Assembly: GCA_010093705.1 (NCBI GenBank)
Contig: MU006093.1
Span: 3,785-67,784 of the forward strand
From: Patellaria atrata CBS 101060
Lineage: Eukaryota
Direction of reading: 5' to 3'
Length of the DNA: 64,000 nt
The notes below the pieces were generated by a model. The model was not told the DNA's origin. It searched no databases and saw nothing but the letters and a program-made list of their open reading frames with translations. Positions 24,772 to 36,593 of this stretch are shown here, piece after piece; position 1 is the stretch's first letter; each line of letters opens with the position of its first letter. The translations under genes and the position numbers were made by a program.

Positions 24772-26150
24772 AATGGCGGCTAAACTTTTCGATCCCCGAA
24801 CCCTCTCGGTCCTCCGATATCCCCGGATAGCTATTGGTATGTCCACACTCCGAACAGCTCGAATAATCTCGTCTAAACGTGTCCCTGACGGTGATTCAAA
24901 GAATTTCTATCCGGTTAACCGGGGAGACCGATTTCATAATTTATATGAGATGATGACGAACCTTGGGCATGGTTCGTTCTTCAACTGTTTGGCTAGCTCG
25001 GGATACTCAACGGTGTGTGCAAGTTTGATCACTTATTTAACTTTTACTTTTACCAATCCCCTATAGGTGGTGGTTGCAGTCTAGCCGTTATGTAGCCGTA
25101 AAAGTTACCGTCGCCAGTACTAACCAGGAGGCAAAACATGAGCTAAGTGTGGCTCGACGTCTTGAGACAAACTCAGTACACGAAGGATATCTGTTTGTTC
25201 GCCCCCTCCTCGGTAGCTTCGATATTTTCAGACCAGATGGCCGTATGCACCTATGTATAGTATACGAATCAATGAGAGAGCCCACTCTCCCTATTTCGGC
25301 GGTGCTGGGAGGACGGTCAATTGCCACCCCTCCTTCTAACGGTCTACTTGAAGCTGCTTTTAAGGGACTGGACTATCTACAATCTCAATGCCATATCATT
25401 CATACAGGTGTGGATTATCTAGGCTGTATACGTAGCCTAACTGACGCTGCTGTAGACCTTAAACAGGATAATATTTTGATGGGATTCGAGGATTCATCAG
25501 TTCTTGATGACATCGTCTGAAATCAAGCCCAGGACCCCGTCCCAGGAAAGTCTGTGGACGGCCAGTCCATTAATCAATTGCATGACTTTGGATGACTCAA
25601 ATCACACCTCATGTTACCTAAGATAGTAGACTTTGGTTTAGCAAAGTATGGAGATAGCGGCGAAGTGTTGAAGCATTCTATCCAACCTCCAATCTACCAT
25701 GCTCCAGAAGTTTTGTTTGGCACAGGTTGGACATATGGCGCGGACATTTGGGATCTCGGTGTATTAGTGCGAATTTCCATCTCTCTAGATGATGACATAA
25801 CTATCGCCTTATAGATTTGGAATCTCATGGGAAACAAAGACTTGTTCAGGTATTTTCGTCGAAACCAAGAGGTCTACGATACCCGGTTGTATATTGGGGG
25901 AGATCGCATTACTACGACCTCCACCAAAATTACTTTTAGACCGAGAACTGTATTGGAGTGAAGTGAAATGGACCCATGCTGTTCCAAATAAAGAAGGTAT
26001 ACCATGTCAAACCGCCTGCGAGTACTTTAAGGGGCAATTCTTTAGCCTGGAGTGTTGGTCTATTCTCAATTCCAACATATCGCATAACTAATTTTATCAT
26101 TAGGTGACTTCCTCTATAAGGATCTAGTTCACCGGCTACGTAAACAAGAG
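24772..26150 (+). pseudogene. Degenerate SRPK-like (CMGC) protein kinase
   Basis: Fragments FYPVNRGDRF, LGHGS/(frameshift)STVWLARD, YVAVKV, IIHT-DLKQDNIL, KIVDFGLA, YHAPEV, ADIWDLG spread over different frames with an in-frame TGA at ~25518. Confidence 0.8.
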
Positions 26151-26850
26151 CTCATCTCTCTATTGGCTTTACCAAGCCCTCTTTCCCGATCTTGAAATGG
26201 ACGTTCAATGGTACTTCAAAAAATTTAACAGCATCCTTGGAGGCGGTGGGACACGCCGTGAAGAGCATTTAGAGGATAAAGTCGAGAAAGGGATATCCAA
26301 GTGAGTCGTCTTAACGAACCGTGTATGAATCTAACCATTCTTATAGCTTTACCATTTAATGGCGATGCGCATGCCACAAGCTAGGCCGATGGCACTACAG
26401 ATCCGTTACAACTTCTAGGTGTACTGGGAAAGAGCAAACTTTAAAGGGTCCAAAAAGGCCATATCCTTCCATTTCTACTCAGAAACTGGAGAACTTACGT
26501 TCTCGAACACGAAATACCCTCCAGTGAGTCCGGTTCGTGTTCCTTTGACCGAAACATCTTCCATTCAACCTACATCTCAACCGACCGCATCTAACGCCCC
26601 TGCCGACACATGCTGGGACGGGCAATACCACGTCTCTAATCAAAACCATGCTTATGTCTGGAGTGCGAGTACGAGCAGTTGGATTCCTAGGCCCTCTACC
26701 AATTAGCAGTTTACAGCCAGCCGCCGCCCTTCTGACCCCTACTGAGTTTTTACAATATTGTCTCTTGTTATTGTTCTGCTACCTTAACGATTCAAAATCG
26801 TTATAAAGAAACACCAGCTTTCGCGATGTGTTATCTACAGTATACAATTG

Positions 26851-26922
26851 TGTGAGATTATACCACTACGGTAAAAGGCCGACCTTAGTGCCGAGTTTTG
26901 GCAGTAAGGTTTATATCTGACA
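26851..26922 (+). mobile_element. 72-bp TG...CA mini element, copy 2, perfect TSD AATTG
   Basis: AATTG at 26846-26850 and 26923-26927; 4 substitutions plus 1 indel versus 14550-14620. Confidence 0.85.
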
Positions 26923-27912
26923 AATTGTCAAAACATCTCTTTTTGAACTCTTCTGTTACTAAACTCCACCAAAATCTCGTTATCTTACCAATCAGTACGG
27001 CCTACAGATCATCGACCTTTATAGTGTCACGAAGGTATGGAAATTCTATCTCTATTGTTTAAGTATAATTTTAAGTAATTGGTCCTTTTTTTTTTCGAAG
27101 AATCAAGCGACTACTTCACATGTTATTCGTCCTATATTAAGCTCTCTAAATTCCTTCTTAACAGTGAAAGGTTTTAACCATACAAGACCTGATAATGAAG
27201 TCTTACCAGCAGATCAACGATGGTGTCCAAAGTCGTATTTTGGTTCACGCACTAGATCTTCGACTAGCGTAAGAGAGAATAAGGACCTGGCTAGAGAAAT
27301 ACTAGAATTAGAGGAGATAGAGTAACATCTAACGGTGATAGGTGGTGGAGTATGCAATAATGGTTCATCTATGCGAACTATGCGTATGATCGAGCGCTCT
27401 GCAAACCCCACAGGTACTGTACACCTACTACTGGTAGCCTTGGGGCAGGCCAGTCAAAGTGAAGGGGTTATTTATCTTGCATCCTGCAGCCCCATCTCAC
27501 AGTTTATCTTAACAAATGAAGTTGCGCGTTACCCGCATCCTCACCCCAGATTCGTTACCATCGTGTTCCCCCACCTACATGAAAAGCTGCCCTCGTACGT
27601 CAAATCGGAGGCGAGGCCTAACCAATGCCCGCCCCGGTCTTCAATATCTCAAACTTCTCAACGAGTAACACTAATTAGCAGCACTCCTTCACCTATACTG
27701 TGGAAGATAGAGAGTGAAGATATGCTGTAATATTGAATTCCCATCTTCTTTGTTCTCTGTCTCCCCTCCTGGTAGTTCAGATCGACTGCCGATCTGTGCC
27801 CGTCCTACTTCGAAGGCATCAACTCCGAGTCCTCACCACAACACCTACCCCAGATTTCCTCTCAAAGTTTTCTCTCTAGGTCCTGAGAACCTCTCCCCTC
27901 GAACCTCCCACG

Positions 27913-28700
27913 ATGACTCGCCGTTATGTATACGGCGTCGGGCTATGGATAACGCTGGCCGGTACACTCATCCCTCCCCACTCACACCCATCAACTAACC
28001 CCCAACAGCGACAGCCATGACGATCGCCAGCATCGTCGAACCAAAATGGCTCTCCTTCCAAAACACCAGCGTGCGCAACCCCTTCCTCCCTATCCCTATC
28101 TTGTTTCCAATCTCTAACTCGTCCCAGTCCACCGGCGAACCGATCCACTATTCCTACGGCCTCCACCGCGTCTGCTCCTCCATAACCGGCACCTGCAAAC
28201 ACTTCCCCGACACCTACACCGACTGCACCGGGTCCAACCGATCCTTCTGCAGCATGTGGCGCACTGTCGGCTTCCTGATGTCGTTCGCCGTTGTCATCGA
28301 GTTTGCATCACTGATATCCTACGCCGTCGTCCTCCTCGGCGGGAAGCAGAAGCGCGATAACGGGTGGAAGATGGTGTGTGGGTTGCTCGTCGTGGCGGGG
28401 TTGGTGCAGTGTGTTAGTATGGCTGTTGTGGTAGGTTTGGGACTGATACCGGGATGTGGATGGGGGGAAGTGGAGAGTGTGTGCTGACGAGTTGACTTGT
28501 AGGCTTTTCTTTACGATCATGATGATCGCTTTTTCGAGGGCTGGCATCTGGATTCTTCATGGATCCTTTGTACCGTCAGTTGGTCCGTCCTGCTGCTCTC
28601 CGTTGCTGGTCTCCTCGCTGCCGTTTGGGCGCTACCTGAAGAGGGCGGCTACGAATTGATCCCGCCTCCTCAGCGCTTGAGAGTAGGTGGTGAAGCATAA
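27913..28700 (+). CDS. Conserved fungal four-TM membrane protein (Sur7/PalI/claudin-like); two introns
   Basis: Spliced MTRRYVYGVGLWITLA..., extracellular YGLHRVCSSITGTC, FCSMWR, four hydrophobic segments, C-terminal EEGGYELIP. Confidence 0.7.
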
Positions 28701-29484
28701 GCGGTTGGTAGTGTAGTTGTCTCCCAAAATGGGATGGAGCGGTCAATGATTGTTGGTTTGATTTACTCGGCGTCGAGTGCGGTTATCTCTATATTCAGTT
28801 GGAAATGTCCCTGTCACGATTCGGCGGCTTGGTTATGTGTCATTTTGCTATTCTATCATCATTATTTTAGGTATGCTGCTCATCGTATCCTTGGCGGCAT
28901 CATCTCTTTACCGTGCATTGGTACCTTATATCCAGTATGTCTGCAGCTTGTTCGGAGCGGCTGGAATTAATCGTCACTTTGGAACTTATTGGCGTTTATG
29001 TTGGATTTGTGGGATACGATGGGAGGAAATTCCACATTGATCATTCTGCTTCGGTTTACGTTCTAGCTGTTGATACAATTTCTCCACTGCATCATCAGAG
29101 CACTTTCAACGAGCTCGACATCATGTCTGCTGTCGTGTTAGAGCTGCTGTGTGTACACCCGCTTTGGTAAGGTAGAGAGTGTGGTATGGTATGGTCAATA
29201 GGAAAGAGACGACACAGGTCGCGCTGTCCGTACAGTTTAGGTAGCCGCAGGCTGGGAGTATCTTCCATTAAGGTATACAATCGATACCTTCCATTAGATG
29301 GGCGAACCTGAAGTGGGAGATATCGTATGATGTAGATCGCTACCGTATTTCCATTGAAGAGATAAAACTACCACCTACATAACAACCTTACCCGATATCC
29401 TAATCAAAACTCAACATCCCTCTCTCTCACACTCTCTCACTCTCTCCCTCTCCCCCTTCCCACCTCTTTCACCTCCCTACTCCC

Positions 29485-32400
29485 CTACTCAATCTCCACA
29501 ATCTTCTCCCTGACCCCCCGTACACTCGGTCTCGTATTCCACAACATCTCATAATACTCCGTAAGTTTCGGGAACTCCCTCGAAGTCCAGCCATCCCACT
29601 CCGCTACCACCCGATCCAGCACCGGCCAAAACGCACAATCAGTAACGCTAAACCTATTCCCGCAAATGTACTCCCAGTTATTACTCCTGAGATCCTCTTC
29701 CACACGCCGCAGCGTGTGAATGAACCCCATGGACTCGTTCCGGTGGATCCACTGCCGATTCAAAATCTCCGTCTTGAGGATCATGTCGTACGCGGAGGCG
29801 GTGACGAGGTGGCCCTGCGGCGAGGGATCGAGGTGGAAATAGCGGTCGCCGTAGAGGAGCACCGGGATCGCCTCGAGGATCTCGGTGTGGAAGGTGTCTG
29901 CGTCGCGGAAGGTGACGGTGCGCGTGATCTTGGCTGCGCCTTCGATCTCAGGCGGCGCGGCAGAAGTCGTGTAGTCCTTCCCTATCTCGGCGAGGAAGAT
30001 GCGCACGCGGCTGTTCTCGACTTCGTCGGAGCCCGGGAAGAGGATCGGGATGTCCGGGGGCGGGGCGCGGAAGTGGAGGACATCGGAGCCGGTGCCGTAG
30101 GTCTTGTCCCAGTCGAAGTCGGTGGATTGATTTTCGGTGCCGAAGGCATGAATCAGGTTGTCGGTTTGTGCGGCGTCGTCGTTGATGACGGGGTTGGCGG
30201 TGTCTTGGGTTTTAGCTGTGGCGCCTTGGCCCCAGATGAGCCTGTTATCGGCGCTGAGGAAGGTGCCGATGTAGCGGAAGGTCAGGGAGATGCGCATGCC
30301 GCTGTATGCGAGTTCGGCGTCTGAACGTTCGTCCGCGATGCGCTTGTCGGCATTTATGCCGTGGAGCCAGCGCATGTTTGTCTCCGGACCAAGGACGAAG
30401 ATGGAGTTGTGCGGCATACTCACACGCTGAGTCTCCCTCGAATGTTCATCCATCGGTTTCTTCGACTTTGCCGATTTCTTTGTGCGGAGGCGCATCGTTC
30501 GTTGTGCGCCGAAGCTGACGTTGACGATGCTGGAGCCGCGGACGATGTCGAGGGTCTTGTCGGAGTGCTCGGAAATGTAGTCTTGACCAGAGCGGTAGAG
30601 TTGGATGAGGACGTGGTTGACAGGGTGGCGGACTATGGTCTCCACCTGATCGCGAACCTTCCTCACTACGGGGGACAAGTGGAGGAGAGGAAGAGATTGA
30701 TCGGATGGGTGTCTGTATACGGGCATGGAGCCATCTGGCCCGAATTCACCCTCTACACAGACTAGCCGAGGGACTTCACCTTGGGCGTGGTACATCTTCT
30801 GCCATCGTACTTCATCTAAAAGTCTGTAGAATATATCGTTACGTCCCGATAGGTCGAGAGACGCTCCGTAGTGACTTGTCCGACTAGCAGTTTCGGAAAA
30901 GGACTGGAAAGTCAAGTCCTCAGGCATGAAATCGTATATGATACGGCAGTCACCTTCGCCAATCTTCTCTCCGGGTCCTAGAGTCTTAAATGTGGCGAGA
31001 GAAGCTGGTAATTTCTTTGACGACTTTGGCTGTGGGTCAGATGAACGTGGTGACATCGGGCTTGCTCTTGCAGCCGCTGTGGTCTTGTATGCTTGATTCA
31101 AAGAAGACCTCGGACTGTCTTTCGGCGATCTTGCATCTGCCGCTGTCACGAATGACTTTGACTTCTGGACAGATTTGGCACCTTTGCCTGGTATATCGGA
31201 TGTCCTCTGACCTGGAAGTGGAGGTGCTTCCTCCGTTTCCTCTCTCTGTCTCATGCGAGCTTTGGACCTTACAGTTCGTAGTCTACCTTCGGACTTCTTT
31301 GGCTGTAGTACTGGCTGAGATTTCTTCGCCTTCAACTCTTGACGGTGGACTCGTAGGTCGTGCTCAAAGAGTTCTTCTGGTGACATGGTGGAGACTTTAC
31401 TGTCCACAGAGATCTTGTCGCTGCTCTCAATGCTGAGAGTGTCTTGTCTCCGCTTGCTTGATGAAGCTGTAGGTGGTCGTACGCTCTCAGACAAGCTGCC
31501 ACCCTTAGAACGAAGATCTTTAGCAGATCCTCTGGTGAGAGACATGTTGCTCAGCATCGCCTGGAGTTGTTCGGTTGCAGACTCTGCACCGATCGCCGTT
31601 TCATCTTCTTCCTCTCCCTCCTCGGACTCGGAAGGATATAGAAGATCGTATATTATTTGCTGACTAGTGATCATCTGAGCACCCATGAGATCTGTCATTT
31701 GCTTGATAGCCTCATTGTACCTCATCTGCTTTCGATAGCCCAGACAGTCTTCGATGAGATGAATCGTAAGGCCGTGTCGGGCGGCGTCCAGTGCGGTAGC
31801 GTAAATAGAAGTGTTGCAGACGTTTCCGCAAATATATAGCTCCGTAATAAGCCGTGTCCGTAACGTCAGCAACAATGTTGTCGAATTGAGAGCTGAATAA
31901 TGGGACTTGACGACCATAACATCGTTTTCCGGATCGATTGTGGCTTGAACAGCCTCCACGAATTCCACTCCTGGCGTATCTCGGAGACAACAAGGCCCTC
32001 TTTTCGATGTTTTAGAAAGGAACAACTCATCCTCTTCGGGAACCTCTTCGGTTGGAACTGGAGAAGGTTCTCTTGCAACCGGAGCTGGAGCTGGAGTAGC
32101 CTTTGGCTTCCCTCGCACCCGTTTGAATAATTTCAAAGCTCTGTTTGAGGATGGAGTCTTCTCCGGCTTCGAGGATGGCGTGGGGACTTGGAGACGGTCC
32201 TTACTTGACGTCTCTTCTGGACTTTCATAATCTTCACTGGGACGAGGGGCTTCGACGTCTAGCAAGACGGTATCTCCGTCCCGGTCACCACTCGGATCGC
32301 TAACATCTCTTTCTTCTTCGAAAACGCTTCGAACCCAAATAACGTCACCGGCATTCTCTCTGAATGTTGGAACTAATGCCTTGATGCGTTCGACCAGACC

Positions 32401-32529
32401 CGAAGGGCCATGATTCGGTAGTTTCCCATCAGGCGAACAAAAGTCGTTTTGCAAATCAACGACAAGTAATGCTTGATTTGTCGTGAATTGCGGTTGAGCT
32501 TGAGTGAGGAGATCTAGCAAAGAGGTCAT
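29485..32529 (-). CDS. Isochorismatase-like + AlkB-type 2OG-Fe(II) oxygenase + GST C-terminal-like fusion, 1014 aa
   Basis: ALLVVDLQNDF / VKSHYSA (isochorismatase fold); SEHSDKTLD, WLHGI, RISLTFR (HxD...H...R of 2OG-Fe); YICGNRFSVTDCAFWP..FPKLTEYY (GST-C like). Confidence 0.88.
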   Translation of the reverse strand: MTSLLDLLTQAQPQFTTNQALLVVDLQNDFCSPDGKLPNHGPSGLVERIKALVPTFRENAGDVIWVRSVFEEERDVSDPSGDRDGDTVLLDVEAPRPSEDYESPEETSSKDRLQVPTPSSKPEKTPSSNRALKLFKRVRGKPKATPAPAPVAREPSPVPTEEVPEEDELFLSKTSKRGPCCLRDTPGVEFVEAVQATIDPENDVMVVKSHYSALNSTTLLLTLRTRLITELYICGNVCNTSIYATALDAARHGLTIHLIEDCLGYRKQMRYNEAIKQMTDLMGAQMITSQQIIYDLLYPSESEEGEEEDETAIGAESATEQLQAMLSNMSLTRGSAKDLRSKGGSLSESVRPPTASSSKRRQDTLSIESSDKISVDSKVSTMSPEELFEHDLRVHRQELKAKKSQPVLQPKKSEGRLRTVRSKARMRQREETEEAPPLPGQRTSDIPGKGAKSVQKSKSFVTAADARSPKDSPRSSLNQAYKTTAAARASPMSPRSSDPQPKSSKKLPASLATFKTLGPGEKIGEGDCRIIYDFMPEDLTFQSFSETASRTSHYGASLDLSGRNDIFYRLLDEVRWQKMYHAQGEVPRLVCVEGEFGPDGSMPVYRHPSDQSLPLLHLSPVVRKVRDQVETIVRHPVNHVLIQLYRSGQDYISEHSDKTLDIVRGSSIVNVSFGAQRTMRLRTKKSAKSKKPMDEHSRETQRVSMPHNSIFVLGPETNMRWLHGINADKRIADERSDAELAYSGMRISLTFRYIGTFLSADNRLIWGQGATAKTQDTANPVINDDAAQTDNLIHAFGTENQSTDFDWDKTYGTGSDVLHFRAPPPDIPILFPGSDEVENSRVRIFLAEIGKDYTTSAAPPEIEGAAKITRTVTFRDADTFHTEILEAIPVLLYGDRYFHLDPSPQGHLVTASAYDMILKTEILNRQWIHRNESMGFIHTLRRVEEDLRSNNWEYICGNRFSVTDCAFWPVLDRVVAEWDGWTSREFPKLTEYYEMLWNTRPSVRGVREKIVEIE

Positions 32530-35066
32530 AACTGCTGTTACCTCAAAGTGATGATGGTTGTCGAAAAGGAAGTTGCCCGTTGGGCTGACCGCACAAATGA
32601 CTATTTGAACAAAATCAGGGGATTAGAGGGTTAGAGATGGTAGTACCTCAAAGAGGTACCTTAATCGCCTGGCTTCGGCCGGGAGTAAAAGAACTGGGGC
32701 GCGTTAATGCGGGCCGACGAAAGCGTAAGGTTATGACTGCGGAGAAGGGTGAGAAATGGGGAGAAGTGATAGAGAGCATCGGCTAGTCGAGGGATAGGAG
32801 ACTATCTCATCTCAGATTTTGCAAAAGAATGATAACATGGCAGCCATGAGGATTTCGAGGGGACCAAGGGTTGGTGGCGCATGCAAACCGGTTCACACCT
32901 CAGTTTCACACGAGGAATCCAGAGTGCATGCTACACGTGGAAAGAGAATTGGATTTTTTTTTTTTATCTCGATGTCGCAGAGGTAGCTCGATTTTCGGCG
33001 AAACGCAAAATGTAACTCAACGAAGCAGGTGATTCCAGCGATGAAGTAAGGTAATTCGCCGCTCAGCACCCAATTAGGCGATATTATCTACTCGTATGTT
33101 TCAGTCATGTATATCGTATAGATGCAGATATTCGGCGAGTGCGAGAGGCAAGGCAACGGAAAGAATCGTTTAGGCCTCACAGGAAAGTGTGTAGAGAATG
33201 TGGATCGGTGGGGACTCTGGAGTAGTAGTAGAGAGTTTCGAGCGTGGCCATCAGCTGGATTAGGATGTCGAAAAAGGCACTCTTGGTGCTTCCCAGCTGT
33301 AGAGGTGCCGTACAGACGTGGTCTCAAGACGATCTGAGGATCTGAGTGGACTATTTGGTGTTGATGCAGGCCCTCAAGTGTTCAGGTTCTAATTAATGCA
33401 ATCGTTTCAAGTTCACCGCACACAAGAATCCGCTAAAACTTTACAGTAGTAGGTATTTGCTCCACAACACCCGATCAGGAACAAAAGCGTCGAAAGTTTC
33501 TTAGAACTCGAACGATGAGGCGCCGGTCCAGAGCTGGGTATGTATTGGCGTATGCAAGATTGTTGAAGCGCAGAGGACGATTTCAAGGTTCAGAGGTGAA
33601 AAGGACGGGGTTGACTGGGGATTGATCTCGGGGGGAGTTATCGGGGGGATTCTTGGGAGAATTGCACCGTCGGGTAACTCATGACTTTTATCGGCACAGT
33701 AACCGTGTATGGTGCTTGCTAAGTGCTAAAATTGCTAATAAGGACTGTACAACTGGGATGTGCTGCTTGGAAAGTTAAACAGATCATACAGATGGCGGGA
33801 GCGGAGAGTGAGTAAAAGGGAGTATCCGCATAGCCAAATTTGACCTTGACCTGTCGTCGTCCATAGCAACCCCTGAGATGGATGGAACGCCTCTCTTGAT
33901 TCCTGTTTTGCCGTGAAGGTAAGATAATTTACTGTATAATAAAAAGGGCGTCTTCATGTCCACGATGCCACGAGTCGCGCCGTTGAGCCATCGATGCATG
34001 GCGATCAGGACAGCCCTATTTTTTATTTTGTTTTTTTTCCCTCATGGCATCCATGCGCCCTAAAAGATGTGTAGGGAGCAAGGGGAGCAAGGGGAGCATA
34101 ACGAACTTTGCACTGAAGCCTCTTGCCGATCCCCCGTCATCATAACAACGGCGCTGAAAGTCTGAAAGATGTGTCTTCTATCCTCAGGGTATTCGTTTGA
34201 AACGATGCGCATCAACTCTATTTCCTTCCTGCGAACCATACGCAGATTAATGCAACCCATCTCGTTCTTCAAGAAGCACAGTCAACTTGATATAAAGGTA
34301 CGTACAAGTACTCCGTACAAGTGCTCGTACTGGACCTTTTGTTGTACTGTACATTATCTGCACCTCGCTCAACTAACCGCCTCACCGCCGTCTTTTGCGC
34401 GTCAACGCATGGACCTTTCCAGCGAGGCGATAGGAACTGGAATTACAGATTGAAAGCCTTCAAATGCTGTCTGTGCCGCAATTTGACCCAAACTCTGGGG
34501 ATTTCGTTTAAAGGTCCATGGCCTCCTGATTCCTCTGAAGCAAGTTCGAAGGCACCTCGGTCTGTGACTATCTGTCGCTCTTTTACTCGTCTCGGCCTAT
34601 TTTTCCAAATATCAGATATACTATTGAATTCTGCATGAACCCACCATCCTTCTCCAGTAATCTCTTTCCATAATCCCCAGTCTCCATAAACTACGAACAG
34701 TCAGTTGTTTCTTGACGTTTGCTTTGGGTGCTGCTATTACTGCAGGCCTGCAACATATTGCAAATCATTATCCAGCTATCAATTTGTTGCCTAAAACAAC
34801 ATCCCCGTCCCGAAGCTCGAAACCACTCAACCCCAGAACTTTGTTGTTTCGAACTTTCCATTGTTCCAATGATTCCGATCCCTCTGGTCAAGTGATTCTG
34901 CACTGACGCGGCCAGCATCTTCGAACCCTGAAGGCAACCAGAAAACCCTCATGAATCCATATCTCTCTTCCTGTTGGGCGCTGCACGTTCAACCATAGAC
35001 ATTTATCATTTGGAGAACAGGTTTCCTATTCGTCCTCCTGTCACACCCCGGAATTGCTGCCAGAAT

Positions 35067-36593
35067 TCACTTTCCAAAGAAGGCTGTAATCTTCTTACTA
35101 CCATCAGATGCCTTGGTTTGACTGTGTTTTGCTATTGAGCCGTTACTCGTTGCACTTTTCGTATTCCTACATGGTTTTGACGGTGACTGATTTATCTTTT
35201 CAGTCTTCAGAGATTTCTTTGGAGGAGTATCATCTGCTGTGCCACCCTCCTCGAACTGACCGATCTTCCTTTTCTGGTCTTCTTTATTATCGGCGCTTAC
35301 TGAAACTGGTAATGGAACATTATCTTCCGTATGCTCGATATCTTTGGTGTCACGATTTTCCTCGGACTCTTGTTCAACTTTGATCCCTTTCGTTCCGATC
35401 TCCTTTTCGACCTCTTTCATTTCCTTTTTCACTGCTTGACCTTTTGCTATCTTTTTTTGGTTGCCAAAGAAATTTGCAATGTTGCTCTTATTCTCCGTAC
35501 TATCTACTGGGATGATGAACGTTGGAGAGTTGTTGCCAACCTTACCAACATCTTTACTAACTGGATAAATCTCCAGTTCTCCATCGTATGATTTGAGCAA
35601 CGATTGGAGCTTCTTGCTCCATTCGTAGCGAGATGGATCCAGCCACGTGCGAATGGCTTCCGAGCCGTTTTCTAATATGACCGGCATACGGTCATGCAGG
35701 AATTTCAGTTGTTTATTCGAGTCAGTTGTTATGACCGTGTAAGTATAGAGTTTCTCATCGGAACCTATGTCAAGCACTCAAGGTCAACAATGTCCGATGA
35801 TCTCCGCCTAGTAAAAGATCGTACCCTCGTACTTGACACAATCCCAGAGTCCAGCCATACACATTAACTGCCTATCCTTGCGTTTTACGAAGTGGGGAAT
35901 CTTTTCCTTTCCCCCATTCTTCTTCAGCCACTCGTAGAATCCTTGGCAGATAACAATGCATCTCTTTTTCCGCTTCATTGAAGTCCACATACCTCGATTC
36001 TCGATAAGAGAATCATCTCGACAGTTAATCGTCTTCATTAGGGATCCATATTCAGGGTTTCTCTTGGTCCAGAACGGGACAAGGCCTTGACCAAAGTGAG
36101 TCAGTATCGGGAATTTTGATTCCTATGGGATATACAACGGCGATCGTGATATAATTCACTTAAACAAAAATATAACACATCTTATAAGTGAACTTACCCC
36201 ATTTCATAGCCTGTAGTTTATATGCTATTTGTGATGAATCGCTATCACCTTTAGCCTCTGCATCGCTGTCCGTGCTCTTTGTGATATTACTCGCATTAGG
36301 AGTGTGATCGTGATCTGGATCAACTCCTTGCGTGCTGTGATCATTTGCAGGACCCGCGCCGTGATCTGGCACGTCTGCTCTATAGACTAAGCCGTTATAG
36401 CCCGGAGCGAAGTTGTAACTTTGCCGGACATCGTCATCCTCGGGAGCACTCTCACATCGCATATTCGACTCCTCGAGTTGTTGGCGTACCACAGACGGCC
36501 TCTGCCGGAATTAGTAAATGCTCAAGTCATTTAACGTTCAATGCATGGCGTTGATGCGAAACTCACTTGGTAAAATGCATAACGGCCGCACAT
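35067..36593 (-). CDS. SRAP/HMCES-family (DUF159) abasic-site processing protein; introns 36566-36502, 36197-36086, 35824-35765
   Basis: N-terminal MCGRY, YNFAPG, MKWGLVPFW, INCR, GFYEW, MAGLWD, LHDRMPVIL. Confidence 0.93.

Noticed and set aside
26197..26706. Small intron-containing gene (MDVQWYFKKF...)
   Set aside because: Best splice model hits stop codons; no recognisable family
29716..31663. Several long plus-strand ORFs
   Set aside because: Antisense to the GC-rich fusion gene
9568..32529. Secondary-metabolite cluster (thiolase, NmrA-like, amidohydrolase, 2OG oxygenase)
   Set aside because: No PKS/NRPS/terpene/DUF3328 backbone, transporter or cluster regulator; interspersed with housekeeping genes
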